DNA of 64,000 bases, from NCBI RefSeq assembly GCF_018350175.1, contig NC_058383.1:21330001-21394000 (forward strand). The letters are read 5' to 3'. The notes under the pieces were generated by a model that worked only from the letters and a program-made list of their open reading frames with translations, did no database searches and was not told where the DNA came from. Position numbers and translations under genes: made by a program. Of this stretch, positions 1 to 13,619 are shown piece by piece; positions within the stretch are counted from its first letter, which is position 1, and each line of letters opens with the position of its first letter. This DNA comes from Felis catus. Taxonomy: Eukaryota.

Positions 1-180
1 GACTCTCAATTTCAGCTCAGGTCAAGATCCCAGGGTTGTGGAATCGAGCCCCACTTTGGCCTCCGCACTGAGTGTGGAGCCTGCTTGGAATTCTCTCTTT
101 CTCTCCCCCTCTGTTCCTCCCCCATTCATACTCTGTCTCTAAAAACAATTAAAAATTAAAATAAATTTTAAAAGTTAAAA
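1..180 (+). mobile_element. SINEC (Can-SINE), cut by window start
   Basis: ttcagctcaggtca...cctgcttgg, CT-rich segment, A-rich tail. Confidence 0.85.
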
Positions 181-189
181 GAAAGAAAT

Positions 190-1290
190 ACTGGCAATCT
201 TAGGGAAATCACAAGGACATGCTTCTTGGGTTGGGGGGCAGAGGGGTGCTGGGGGAGGAAATTAGAAATTCTAGGACCAAAAAGAAAAAAGCCATATAAG
301 AAAGTTAGGATCAAATATGAAGCCAACTACAACAGGAAGTGATTCTGCACAATTGATTCATGGATTCTAAGAACAGACTTTGCTACAAGTCCTATCATAT
401 CACTTGGCTCTGCAATGAAAAACATTTGTATCATCATAACACTGTTAAGTGGTGTTTATTCATTTTCAATTTCTGTGCTAAACCTATTAGCAAAATGTAA
501 ATGTTATCAACCTTGCGACGTACAGAAGGTTGGGGGGGCAGATGGAAGTAAAAAATGGTAAGAATACTAATATCCACAGTTTTGATGGTACCCAGAGATA
601 CTGTCTAAAGATAACAGAACAAGAAATTAAATTTTAAAGATCATATTGACTTTATAGGAATGATCGCTAGGAGAACTACAAATAAAAAAGATAGCTAGCT
701 AAATCTGGTGGTGGGATTTTTAAAAAGATCACTTCTTACCTTTCAAAGTTGAGCACCAGTAAATACTGCCTATGTAAGATAAATTAAAAAAGTAAAAGTA
801 TAAAAATATTATTTAAGTTAAGGAAGCAACAACCAGAATACTTAAAAAGGGAAGTGGTTAAAAAATAGATTATTTGCGGGGAGTAGCATGAGAGGCCGAA
901 GATTGGAATTGAAAGACTTCCGTTTTTCATGGTATGCCTTTCCATATAGCTCTGCTTTTTGCTTTTTTCTTTTTTTTTTTCGCATTTGTGCTCTAATTTT
1001 GTAATGATTTTTAATGTGTTAAAATATTAGAGCAACCACTGAAAAATAGAATAAGATCTATAATTTCCAAAACCCAATATGGAAAAAATGAGTCAAAGAA
1101 ACTCAATCAATGCAACACTACGCAGGAGAATGGGGATCAGGGGTGGGGGGCAGAGAACAAGGAATTACAACAAACAGAAAATATAAAATATCATGGGAGG
1201 AAAAGGAAGCAAAACTCTTAAAAAGGCAAATTGATCAAAGGCTAAAATTGACTGCGTTAAAGAAGAGAAATATATTAATGTAAGAAATAC
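190..1290 (+). mobile_element. Old, degraded L1-like A-rich sequence
   Basis: Strong A skew with L1M-like phrases; no ORF. Confidence 0.4.
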
Positions 1291-1491
1291 ATTTACAAAG
1301 GGTTGGGATATATTATGTATGTCATGTTAATAGTAATCAAATTGAGTTGGGAATTCAGGAAGGCCCTTGGGAAAAGAGGGAACAGAAGGTTGTATACTCT
1401 TGGGGCTACAGGAGTGAGGTGAGCCAAAATCATAGCTGAGTCGAGCAGTGACTGAATGGGCCAGCCCACATCTGACCATTCCGAGAGAGAG

Positions 1492-1813
1492 TGTCGTGGG
1501 CTGAATAGTGTGTCCTCCCAAACCAAATGTTCAAGTTCTAACCCCTAGGGCCTCAGAATGTGGCTGTATTTGGAGATGGAGTCTTTAAAGGGGTGAAGAA
1601 GTTAAAATGAGGTCACTAATCCAATGCTGACTGGTGTGTCCTTCTAAGAAAAGGGAAGACGGACCATGTGAAGACACAGGGAGAAGATGGCCCTCCACAA
1701 GACGAGGAGACGGGCCCCAGAAGAAACCAACTCTGCCAGCACCTTGAAGTTTCTGTGGTTTAAGCCCCCCAACCTATGGTAGTTTGTTAGGACAGCCCGA
1801 GCAAACTGGCACA
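1492..1813 (+). mobile_element. MaLR LTR (MLT1A-like)
   Basis: TG...CA ends; tgggctgaat...gtatttggagat...ttgttaggacagcc; flanked by gagag/gaggg, a possible TSD. Confidence 0.8.
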
Positions 1814-2289
1814 GAGGGTCTCCTCTTCTTGATAATGATAGTACAATTAGAGACGTCACATGCACATGAAGTGGACAGAATAAACAGGGGTTGTAGGCAG
1901 AATTGCACACGGGTCTAGCAGTTTCCACTTTAGCAGGAGGTCTGGGGCATAGTTTGGAAGGTTTTTCGGCCGTTAGCAAAGGATAGGAGTGGCAAACAGA
2001 CTCGGGGTGTACATTTAAGGGACTGGACGCTCGGGAAATTCTTGACCGCCGCAGCCCTATTTACCTACACTGACATGGGCATGACTTAGGCAGAGAATGT
2101 TGGGAAAGCCAGGTTGCCTAATTCTGCCACCCGAAAGCCACTGATCAGTGGCAGGCGACACCAGCACAAGTCAAACTCAGGGCTCCGTCTCCTGATGGGT
2201 TTGTGAATTGGCTTCCTAGCACCCTGACAGTTCTCTTGTTTGCTTTTCTTATCCCTTGCTTTTACCGAGAAAATCTGGGCCTGACTTAA

Positions 2290-3275
2290 AAATTAGGACA
2301 ATAGAAGGGAGTCAACAAACTACATCAGTAATCTCCAATTAAAAGACAAAGACTCAGAGTAGGGATAGGCTAATCAATAGAACAGAATAGAGTCCAACAG
2401 AATCCAGGAAGACTTACATGTATTCAATCCACTCATTTCAACAAAGGTGCCAAGTCAATGCAAAAGAGAGGGCAGAAGTTTTTTTAAACAAATGATGCTG
2501 GAAGAACTGAATATCCATATAGGAAAAAAGTACAAAAGAACCTCCACCTCTACCTCACTGCATACACAAAAATGTGCTTGAAATGGACCATGCACTGAAA
2601 TGCAAAAGACACAAAGCCCTACTTTTTTAATGGACGAAATACTTGAACAGAAACTTCAAGGGCCAATACGCACATGAAAAGGTGCTCCCTGTCATTAGGG
2701 AAATCTAAAAGACAGAGACTCTTTGTTTTTAAGTCCTGTTACCCAGCCCTGGGCCATACACTCCTAAAACAAAAATACATACCTCCTTTAAAAATCTGTG
2801 GGAAATAAAAGAGACGTAAAGCAGGTGGTCTCCTTCATCATTAAGAATGCTAATTGGCACAGTTTTATGGAGAGCAATTAGGCAAAATTTAACATCATTT
2901 TACATGCAATGACCTGTGACAGAGCACTTTCAATTGTAGGTATAACCTAAAGAAAACTTACTACCCCCCCACCCCACACCCCCCCCCCACCTCTCCCCCT
3001 CCCACCTCCTGCCCCCCATGCACAAAGACGCACGTGCAAAAGTGTCTACGGAAGATTTATTTGGAAGAGTGAAAATGTGGAAACTCTCTAAAATGCCCAC
3101 TAGTATGGGCGCGCGGTTAAGTAACTTATGGTGCACCCAACTCTTCATATGATAGATGGAATCATTAAAATAACAAAGTAGACTTGTATCTACAGACATG
3201 GAGAGATCGTCCAAATAGACAGACCTATTTCTAAGTAAAAAAGGAACTCACCAAACAACGCAAATGGCTATTTAC
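2290..3275 (+). mobile_element. Old L1 (L1M-type) ORF2/3' fragments
   Basis: aatagaacagaatagagtcc, ttcaacaaaggtgccaag, aacaaatgatgctgg are L1 ORF2-like phrases. Confidence 0.65.
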
Positions 3276-3279
3276 ATCA

Positions 3280-3493
3280 TTTTTTTTCATGTTTATTTAT
3301 TTTTGAGAGACAGAGAGAGAGAGAGAGAAACAGAGCATGAGCAGAGGAGGGGCAGACAGAGACAGAGACACAGAATCCAAACCAGGCTCCAGGCTCTGAG
3401 CGGTCAGCACAGACCCTGACGTGGGGCTCGGCCTCATGACCTGAGCTGAAACCAGGGGTCGGGCGCTTCACTGACTGAGCCACCCAGGCACCC
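3280..3493 (-). mobile_element. SINEC
   Basis: Reverse complement of GGGTGCCTGGGTGGCTCAG head, (CT)n and poly-A. Confidence 0.92.
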
Positions 3494-5779
3494 TCCACAG
3501 TTCGTATTTTAACAACCAGCCCAGTAATGCCAGCGTCTGCTTGTGCCAGACCGAGGTCTGAGTAGTTTTGTTGTTGTGGTTGCTGTTACTGCGTGTTTTC
3601 TAAAGGTTGTTCTAAGACGGTCTGTCAGGCAACCGCTTCACTCCAACTATCTCAACCCGAAGACTGCTTCGTCGGTGTTGGGAGGAAAAGAAAGAGGCTG
3701 GCAAGCAGCCTGTGACCCACACCAGGCTGCCCCCACCAGCTGTTGCGGGCACGGCAGCCCCCCACGCCCAGCTCCGAGGGGGTCTGTCGCGTTGCCGATT
3801 TCCGCCATGTTTCCCCTCCCGAAGCGGCAGCTCCAGTTGTTTCCCCGGTAATTTCCAAGATGCTAATTGCCACCTGCTGATTTCCTGTAAACACTGTACT
3901 TTACACATGTGATTAATCAGAAAGCTGTGGGCTGTTCTGAAGAAGCGTGTGTGCCTGTGTGTGTGTGCACGCACGCACATTTCATTACTGTGGTGAATTT
4001 AAATCACAGGCAATGTTTGCTCACAAAGCCGCATTGGCGGAACGGCAGGGAAAACAAAATTACAAAATACCATAACTGCAAGTTCACAGACCGTATAAAC
4101 AACAATTCAAGTCAGCCCGACAACTCACTGAGTCAACTCTGGAACGGAGCAAGCAGCGACAGGGCATCTCCAAAGGAGACTTTGAATCACAGGTGTTTGT
4201 GCTCCTCGGAGAAACCGAAACCGAAAACATTTTCCAAGGCTTTTGGTAAAGAACATTCTCGTAAGTTAGTTTCAAGATCAGCCTCGTACCAGTTCCTAGG
4301 TCTTCCACCGACTACCCACAAGGTCTGTACAAATCACCTGAACCTCCAAACTGCCATTTCCTCATCTGTCAAGTGGAGATAATGGCTAAGTCACCCAAGA
4401 GAGCGCATAAATTACTTATTTTGCATATAATTCAGAATTGTTTGGGGTGTTAGTGACAGAAATTTAATCCCGAGTGGCTTAAGCAAAGCAAGAAATGTAT
4501 CGGCTAAAAAAAATTAAGACTAGGGGCTCTGAATTCAGGTGCTAGTGGGTCTGGACGCTCAAATAATGACTTCGGAACTCTATGACACCCTCCCCTCTTC
4601 TTTCCTCTGTGCAGACCTCTTTGTCGAGCAGACTCTATTTATGGCAAGCTGGTAGACCAATCAAGAGCTCCACACACAGATCTTCTCTTCCCAGCGACTG
4701 CAGAGAACTGGCATGGATAGCATCTCACTTGAAAAACGGCCCGCTAGTCCGTTCCCAGATCACAGTTTGGGCGCGGTCAAGTGCGGACTCACATAGACCC
4801 TGCTCAAACTGCAAAGATATGCACAGCACCAGCCACATATATGAAGACACAGCTGGACATCTCGCCTCAAAACCCAAACAAGACAGTCTGAAGGACAGCC
4901 AGCCCCACTTGACAGTGCTTGTAAGAGGAAACACTGGGGTTCTGATGTCAGGATCGGAGTTCCAGGATTGGTACTCAATCTTCCATATAAGCAGATGTAC
5001 TGAGAAATGAGAGAGAGAGAGAGAGAGAGAGAAGTTTGCTCAACTCAGAGAGAGCAGTTGGTCAGCCCTTCCTACACATGCTCACATCTGTTGACTCCAT
5101 TTCAGTACTTGGCCAACAGGGAAAAGTGGGCGGTTCATAGACCCAAACCCAGATACATCTGGCCGAGGTAACCATTCGCCATTTTCTGTTTCCAAGCCTC
5201 TCTGCAGGCTTACGGCATTTCCTACAAGAAATTCTTAATATCCCCACCAGTACTGCTGGTCTTGAAAGTATAGGGCCCATCAGTCTACCTAATCACTTAG
5301 CGTTTTTATCCTGCTCTATCCACTACGGGGGCAAGATGGGATCCTCTGCCCCTTCATTTCCACTGGCCCTCCTCCTCAATTTCTCCCCTGCTCTGAAGAG
5401 AGTCCTTTAGTGTGATAATGCATCCGTTACCCTAGCAGAGTTGATCAATATTAGCCATAAGGGTTTGATGTTTTTAGGTCCTTTGCTCCGAAACATGTGA
5501 GAATTCAGGGCAAATGGGTCTTATCAGGACAGATGAGAGAATCAAGTGCACAAGAAGGCTGGTGGCTCTTGTTGGAAAAGGATGGGGGGATGGAGATCAA
5601 GATCAAGGGGGCTTGCTGATGTCCATGAAAGGACACATAAAACAGAAAGGAAATGTTGGTAGCAGCTTCTGGACTGTAAACCTCTTCCTGACTGGCTATG
5701 AGGAGCATCAAAGTCCTTTCTATAACAAACAGAGCTTAGTTGCCTTTCTGGTCCCTGTGGGCTAAAGGAACAGAGTTCG

Positions 5780-6040
5780 AGGCAGCACAAAGTGATGGTG
5801 AAGAGCACAGACTCTGGATTCAGATCCCCTGGATTTGAACCTAGGATCCTACACTCTGTAGGCAGGACACCTTGGGCATGTTACTTAACTTCTCTGAGCC
5901 TCAGTTTCCTTATTGGTAAATAAGGATAAAATAATGGCATCTACCTCCCAGGATTGGCCTGAGAAGGCAATCAGTTAATATCCATAAACTATTTAAAACT
6001 GAACCTGGCTCATAATAAACACTGCATATATATTGGCTTT
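5780..6040. mobile_element. MIR
   Basis: ccttgggcatgttacttaacttctctgagcctcagtttcc core. Confidence 0.75.
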
Positions 6041-6924
6041 ATACAAACAGCAAGCTGGACTCCCTTCCTTCAGGGAATCCCTTTGTTTACATGTACGTGG
6101 TTGATTGGGTGATTACCCCAGGACAAGCGTTGTTGAGTCTCTCTACAGATTCACAGATGCAAAGTGGGGGTACCCAAGAGGGGTGCAGCTTGCACCCCAG
6201 GAGCTTTGATTTGTTCACAAATTGCTACTTGCTGTCGCTGCACTTGATTCCGATGCAAAGGGTTTTTTCTTCTGTTTGGCAGTGTTGGAATGAGCCTGCA
6301 TTGGCTTACTCTGAAAATAAGGAAAGGTCTGCAGTGTACTTTTCTTGCCCTAGGCTGAAAAGACTTGGCACAGTCACTTACAAGGGTGAGCTGGGCTGAT
6401 CACAGGAGGGCTTAAGTGGACATCAGCCTTTGCTAACAACTGGGAAGCAGCATCACAAGCAGGCACTGGGGTCAATAACAGGTGTTCCCGGAACTCCAAA
6501 GGCAAAGGCAAGTTAGAACCCAGATATGAGAGATGGGGGTAGAGATTGCACTATAGGCTGGCTCAAGCATGGTCTGCCTAAAGCGTGGCTGCAGCTATGG
6601 TGCCCACGGTCATCTTGTCCAGGTCACCCTCACATTCTGGCATTCCCAACCTCCCTCTCCTTCACCAGTTACCCACTCAAGTCACTCTGGGCCACTATGT
6701 ATACTCTATTCCCACTCACCTCTAGAATTCCTTTTCCTTATCAAGTCAATTCCTGCTCACTTCTCAAGCATAAATGAATTTCAGTCTCCTCCTTGAGGTT
6801 TGCTTTGACCCCTTCCAAAGCCTCTGAGCTGATACTCACTTCCTGATACAATCATGTGGAATTATCTATTGCCTTATGACATCTCTTATACTGGGCCTGT
6901 AGAACAACAAACATCCATTAGTTT

Positions 6925-7530
6925 TGCCTGGATAGCATCCTTCATTCCTTCTGCTGGTAGTAACACTTACCCAATTTTTCTTTGGAGGAAAAAAAGCCCT
7001 TCCAAACTCTTGGTCCATGTGGCTCAAAAGGCTCAGCTCCAGGAGTGCACATGTGACTAGGCCTGATGCATCGAGTATTCCATCCCCTGGTCACGATTGG
7101 TTCAGGGCTGGGCACATGACCCAAATCAACGCTATGAGTTTCAGCTCCAGGATTTTTGCTGAAACTACTGAGAAAGGGGGAGGGAGGAATCTCTCTTTCA
7201 AAAGACCAGCAACCACCATAGGATGGAGACAAACTTCCTAAAACTTAGGCCAATTCAGAAAAAAGAAGAGCCAAAAAAAAAAAAAGGAGAGAATCAGACG
7301 CCTAAGGACATGATAGGATACAGCTACACCTAAACCTCAACATCACCTGGACATTTCAATTATGTGAGACAATAAATTCCCCTCATTCATTCATTCAACA
7401 AATATTTACAGAAGGCCTATTGTGTACCTGGCACTGCTCTAAACACTAGAATACAAGGGATACGCTTTTTTTTTTTTTTTTACTTAATACAATGTAAGCT
7501 AGATTTCTAGCCCTGGTCAATGAAGTCTTC
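6925..7530. mobile_element. Old MaLR/ERVL LTR (MLT1-like)
   Basis: gattggttcagggctgggcacatgacccaa...tgtgagacaataaattcc motifs. Confidence 0.55.
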
Positions 7531-8697
7531 ATGTTGCTTAATTCATGAATTGTTATTTAGCATCCTTCGTGCGAATGCCTCTTTTTCCCAAGTACACTCA
7601 TTGAGAATGGAGACCACACATTATATTTCTCTATATCACCAACTGTGATATGTGCGCAGTAAATAATTAACAAATTATTTGTTAAGTCAATAAAGGCTAC
7701 ATTTATTGGGAACTACCACTCGTGGTATTGATTCAAAGAGCATAGCTCAGAAGAAATGTCTAAGGAGCTTTGCCAGTGAGCTCTGATTAGACCCTGGCAG
7801 CCAAAAGATATATGTGCTTCATGAGCACAAACATGGCATGATGATGGAATCAATATTAATCCACAACAAAAGGAATATATCAGAGCACTGACATGATGTC
7901 AGACCGTATGCCAGTGCCTATTTCTGCTCCTAGTCCAAATTCTTGGAAATGACCCAAGAAAAGATGCTGTTAAATAATAAATATTCAATATTGATGAAAA
8001 TCAAGAAAAGGTACACAATGGATCTTCTGAACAGAAGGAGAAGAGCTTACTCCTACATGTGCAGGAGGGGATCGGCTATGAAGGGGAGTGGTTCTGGGGG
8101 AAGTCCAAACTCAGAATAGCAAGCAGTGGGTAGTGAATGGTAGAGTAAATGGAGAACTGAGTTCGGAGCAACTGGATGGTCAACTCAGCTACTGACACTC
8201 TTATGCCATGGGGGAGTAGGCAGCAAGCACCTTTTTCTGCAGAATAAAGCAGTGGCTACGGACGCAAAGAAGGAAGGCACAGGATACTGCCACGGCATCT
8301 TCCAACTCCTAGGAGAGACAGGAAACGTTCTAACCAGAGGAAAAGCTACCAGCTCACTCTTTCTGGTGGCATACCCACTGCCGTCTAGCAGCTGAATATA
8401 ACCAAAATCATCATCAAGAGATAGATATGGAATATCTCAAGCACAAGAAATGGGAAGAGCAAGAATCCCCAAATATACTGCAAAATCTAATCCAACGGCC
8501 CTTTCTCTCTCCTTCTCTCATTTAATCTCTCAACAATAAAAACAATAAAACAAACAAAAAAAAACAATAAAACAACAAAATCTCTCAATAAAAATGGCCA
8601 CTCCTTTCTTCCTGCAACACATGCTTTCCTTGGCCATCATGACACCACACTGTGGTGGTCTTCCTTTTATTTCTTGTCATTTTTAATTAGTCTTCTA

Positions 8698-9066
8698 TGT
8701 GTTTTCTAGGGCTGCCATCACAAAACACCACAAACTGAGTGGCTTAACAGAAGCTTCTCATTTCAGAGCTCTGGAGGCCAGAAGCCTGAAACCAAGCTGC
8801 CGGCAGGGCTGTGCTCCCTCTGAAGGCTCTAGGGAAGGCTCTCTCCTAGCTTCCAGTAAATTCTTTGGCTTGTGGTAGTTAAGTACAGTCTTCACATGGA
8901 CTTTCCTCTTTTTATAAGGACACCAGTCATATTGAATTAGGTATCCTATTCCAGCATAGCCTCATCTTATCTGCAATGACCGTAATTCCAAATAAGGTCA
9001 CATTTTGAGGTACTGAGGGTTAAGATTTCAATACATGAATTGGGGGGCACAGAATTCAATTTACAA
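8698..9066 (-). mobile_element. MaLR LTR (MLT1A-D-like) inserted in L2
   Basis: agggctgccatcacaaaacaccacaaactgagtggctta...ttttataaggacaccagtcatattg. Confidence 0.8.
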
Positions 9067-9069
9067 TTC

Positions 9070-10230
9070 CCCTCCTTTGCTATCTACTTAACAATGAGCA
9101 TGGGCCTGCCTTCTCTTCCCTTTACATGTGTGTTCTCTCCCTATATGTTTTCATCAAATCTGACGGCTTTAAGTAAATGCTGATGACTTCCAGATTTATA
9201 CCTCCACCTCTGACCTCTCCCTTGAGGCATACCCACTGTCCATTTGAACCTTACATATCTAATAAAGATCTCAAAATTACGGCATCCAAAACAGCATTAA
9301 TAATATTCACCATTACTCCACTCCAACAAACTGGACGCTATGAGGTCTCCCCATGTCAAAAACTATAGTACCATCAAAGTTGCTCAAATAAAAAACTGAG
9401 GATCCCTCCCTTTCTCTTATGCCCCACAACAAGCAAGACAAGTCCTAACAGCTCTGTATTGAAAATATATAGAACACATCCATTTCTCTCCACCTCTATT
9501 GTCACACCAAAGCCCAAGCCATTACCAATCTTTTGCCAGAACTAAATCTGTAGGCCCGTATCTTACCATTCTTTACTCTACCTGCCTCCAGTCCACTCTT
9601 CAACATCAGTGTGATTTTGAGAAAGTATACATCTGATCACAATACTCAGTAGCTTTAAATCCTTAAATGCCAACTTTTAGAATCAAGGACATACTGCTTA
9701 CTATGGCCCACAATGCTCTTTCAACATGGTCTTGCCCCTGCCTGCCTTCATCTTTACTCTGGACCCATCTCTCCTCTTGCTCGTTATGCTGCAGACATGC
9801 TGTCTCCTTGGTTTGTAGAACACCTCACACGATTTCTCACCTCAGGGCCTTTCTATACACTTGCTAGTCCCCTTTTCAGGAGAGCTCTTCCATAGATTCT
9901 GCACATATGTGCTTCCTTCTCATCCTTGACACTCCAGCTCAAATATCAATCCTCAGAGAATCTTTTCCCTGATCAGACTTTCTAAAGTAACCCTCGCCCC
10001 AGTTACTGTCTGTTCTATCACCCTATTTATCTTCCTTCTAGTATTTACAATAACCGGAAATTATCCTGTTTACTTATATAGGTACTTGTACATTCTTTGT
10101 CTCCTTCTCCAAGCTCCGCTAGAATGTAAGGAACCAAGTGTGTCCTTCGCCACTATGTCTTCAGTGTTCAGTACTTTACCTGAAACAGAATTAACTTCTA
10201 TATATGTGTTTAATGGATGGGGAGATGAAT
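9070..10230. mobile_element. L2 fragments
   Basis: gctgatgacttccagattta, cacctcagggccttt, ccagctcaaatatca L2-like motifs. Confidence 0.65.
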
Positions 10231-11065
10231 AGAAAAATAGGCCTTAGAAACCCTCTTACTCAAATCCCTGTATGCTGAGTATTCTCTTAGCACACTATTT
10301 CCAGGAGTCTAGATGAGAGAGAATTCTTTTTCCTAGAGACAGAGAGATGTCCTCACTTTCTTGCAACAATGGGCACACTTTACATTGCCTTCATCATAAA
10401 GTCCAAATTCCTTCCAACCTGTCTGTACAACTTTATCTTCCACAACTTCCTTCCCCTATAGTAAGTTCATGGTACCCTTAGCTTCATACCATTACATGAA
10501 AATACCACTCATGTTTATGTTACCTCTCTTTGGAATGCCTTTCTTTCTCCTCCTGCCAAACAGCCTTCCAGATTCCCTCTATGAAGCTTTTCCTGGTAGC
10601 CAGAGAGGCTATTAGCCTGTAGTGTCACAGGCCTTTATACATACCTCTACCATATTTATTCTAACAGGTGACAATCCTAGGACTGATTTTCCCCATTTTA
10701 CTCTTAATACTTTGAGTAAAAGGATTATGCCTTATACTTATCCCACTAGTGCCTAGCATGGTGCCTCATAGAGAGATATATACAGAAAAAAAAATTGTTG
10801 ACTACTACTATATATGAATATATAGTTAAGAATTTTTCATTATGGTATTTCTCAGTGGAGTGAAAGGCACTGGAACATTTTAACAGTTGTTATTCTGTCA
10901 ACTATCTGCCCATCATTAATGAACCAGTGGGAGAGGTGATTTTTAATTTGTAAAAAGGAAAACTATTTCAACTAGTTATGGCTTGGTTAATAAACCATAG
11001 CTGAAAATTCTGTGTCCAAAATAGGCACACCAATAGATATACTCAACCTCTTCATGAACACTTTT

Positions 11066-11328
11066 TGATTTTTTTTTTATTTTTTTTTCTTTTTTTCTTT
11101 TTTTTTTTTTTTATTTTTTTTCAACGTTTTTTATTTTATTTTTGGGACAGAGAGAGACACAGCATGAACGGGGAAGGGGCAGAGAGAGAGGGAGACACAG
11201 AATCGGAAACAGGCTCCAGGCTCTGAGCCATCAGCCCAGAGCCTGACGCGGGGCTCGAACTCACGGACAGCGAGATCGTGACCTGGCTGAAGTCGGACGC
11301 TTAACCGACTGCGCCACCCAGGCGCCCC
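11066..11328 (-). mobile_element. Young felid SINEC
   Basis: CpG-intact head GGGGCGCCTGGGTGGCGCAGTCGG, long tail, ttgattttt flanking duplication. Confidence 0.95.
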
Positions 11329-13210
11329 ATTGATTTTTAAAGAAATGAATTCAATTTTCGGGGCATAAAAGAAATGAGAAGTAACTAGCATTATTAGGAT
11401 ATTCTGTAGCTTGGATTTTTTTTAACTTAGCATAGGCCATAAATAGCACTTCTTGGAACTATTTCATGTATAGTTAATGTTTACTTTTGTGGTAACACTA
11501 CATTAATCCCATTGACCAAAAGCAAGGTATAGCAGCTAGTGTGGCTGCTGGTGGATCAGCACCACGGACAGAGGAATGGCACGTGAAAGGTCGCTCTAAG
11601 GCAGCTTGTAAGACAGCTGTGATATCAGAAAGACTGGTGTGAATGTTTCTCTGGGGATCAAAGACAGTGGCTTATTGTTAAAACTGGAGGGGAGAACATG
11701 AGAATTAATTCTACTTTTTTATTTTTGAAAATTTCCATTAAAAATATCCATGTGTGTTACTGAGAGGCCACCAAAAAAAAAGAAAGAAAAAATTACTCCT
11801 AAAGACCTTAGGATCCTACATGTAAGAGATAACGAACAATAAGCCCCAGTACCCTCTGTTCCAAGTGGAGTTTTGAGAAGGCTAGGCTGTAACTTTCCCA
11901 TGCACATGAGATTTGTCTTGCGGAAGTCGGCGTGATGGAATAGGAAGTTCAGACGTCTATAGACGATCACTTTCTTGAGGAGCAAGATGTCTCAGGAGAG
12001 CAGTTTCTAAGAAAGGAAACCTCTCATGCACTGTCCCTGATAAGAAGCAGTTGGGGGCCATGGCCTAGGGTTGCAGGGAATGAGGCTGAGTGTAGGAGGT
12101 GGTTGTGAGAGTGAGCCCAAGGTCCACACACTGAAGTTCTGGGTGGGCCCAAGGTCAATACTCTAGTTCTAAGTCAAAACAAAAACACTGTTTAAGTGTT
12201 AAATGGTCTAGATAAGTAGAGGGAACCGAGATATAATGCCAAGCACATTAGGATGGAAAGGAGCTAAAATATGAAGAGGGTGGAGAGGTACAAAAGGAAG
12301 ACGCACCTAAATATTTTGGGGGGGGGGGTTGCCACTAGGGATTTTTCTTGCAGCAGCCATGTCAGAAGAAAATAAGAAGCCAAGAGAGAGGCTGGTGGAT
12401 AAAATAAGAGAATGAATGTAAGCACACTCATGGTAAGAACCATTCAGAGACTATGGATGGCAGGTAACATTGAGGGCCTACTATGTGTGAGGCACTGCTC
12501 TAAGTCCCCAGAGAACATGATTGAAAAAAAAAAATCCAGCTTTACTGAGCTAACCTTCTGGTAAGGGAGACAAATAAATGTATTTGCCGGGCGTGTGAAT
12601 TCCAACTGGCTGTTTCATTTAGGCAGAAAACGTGGCTTCCAGTTTGCTGCAGTCCCCACCATTCCCTATTGCCTTGCACTCTGCCGACTTCACTCTTTTA
12701 TGTCATCTGCCTGAGCTCTGCAGGCTTGTGCGTTTGTGACCCATGCTCTCCGACGCCCCTGGGCTGCTTGTGACGCTTGTCTCTCCTGAAACCACCAAAT
12801 GGCCCAACAAGCATATTAAAGACCCTATTCTTGGGTGGTTAGATCACCTCACGGAGACCTCAATGTTCTCAACTGTCAAGTGGAGGCAATGGTATCTGAT
12901 TTATGGGATTGCTGTGAGGACTAGCCATTGCCCCATCAGCTCTCACTCCGTCTTTGGATCTCCTTCTTATCACTACGTCTTCAAAGAAACCTTCCCAGCC
13001 GCCTGACTAGCGAGGTCAAATCCCTCTAATGTACACAGCACATCCCTCTTCGTGGTCCTGTTGCAGTCACAATCGTACCTTAGCTCGTGGATTACGGGAT
13101 TAATGCCTGCCCCTCCCAGCAGGCTGAAAGTGCAACAGTGACGAGGGCTGTTTTCACTCGCCACCTGTCATCACGTGTGGCCCAAAATAGATGCTCAAAA
13201 AGTACTAACG

Positions 13211-13211
<1 letters not shown>

Positions 13212-13305
<94 letters not shown>

Positions 13306-13308
13306 AAA
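13212..13308 (+). repeat. (GAAA)n tetranucleotide microsatellite
   Basis: About 24 perfect units. Confidence 0.97.
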
Positions 13309-13619
13309 GTAAACTGTGCAAAGACAACCCCTTTGCACACATTGGTTGCCCGACAGATTCTCTCGGACCTTCCCTGTGACGTAGACGCTACTCCTAGCTT
13401 CTGGGCTGCTAGGATATGTAGGTCGAATTTTAACTAGATTTCTGCTGAAAAAGAAAAGTCACTAAACTTTCTTTTCTAATAGGCTACCGACCCCTAAACA
13501 GGGGTTTCTGTTTTGCCCGCTGATGTATGCCAAGTGCCTAAAACACTGACCGGCACCTCATCAATAAAGGAACAGATGGATGGGCAGGCAGGCAACGCTC
13601 CGAGTTTCACAGAAGTTGC

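Noticed and set aside
11240..11328. tRNA gene (A/B box-like motifs)
   Set aside because: tRNA-derived SINE head followed by (CT)n and poly-A; the same applies to all SINEC copies
13087..13437. KERK-repeat protein ORF
   Set aside because: Translation of a (GAAA)n microsatellite
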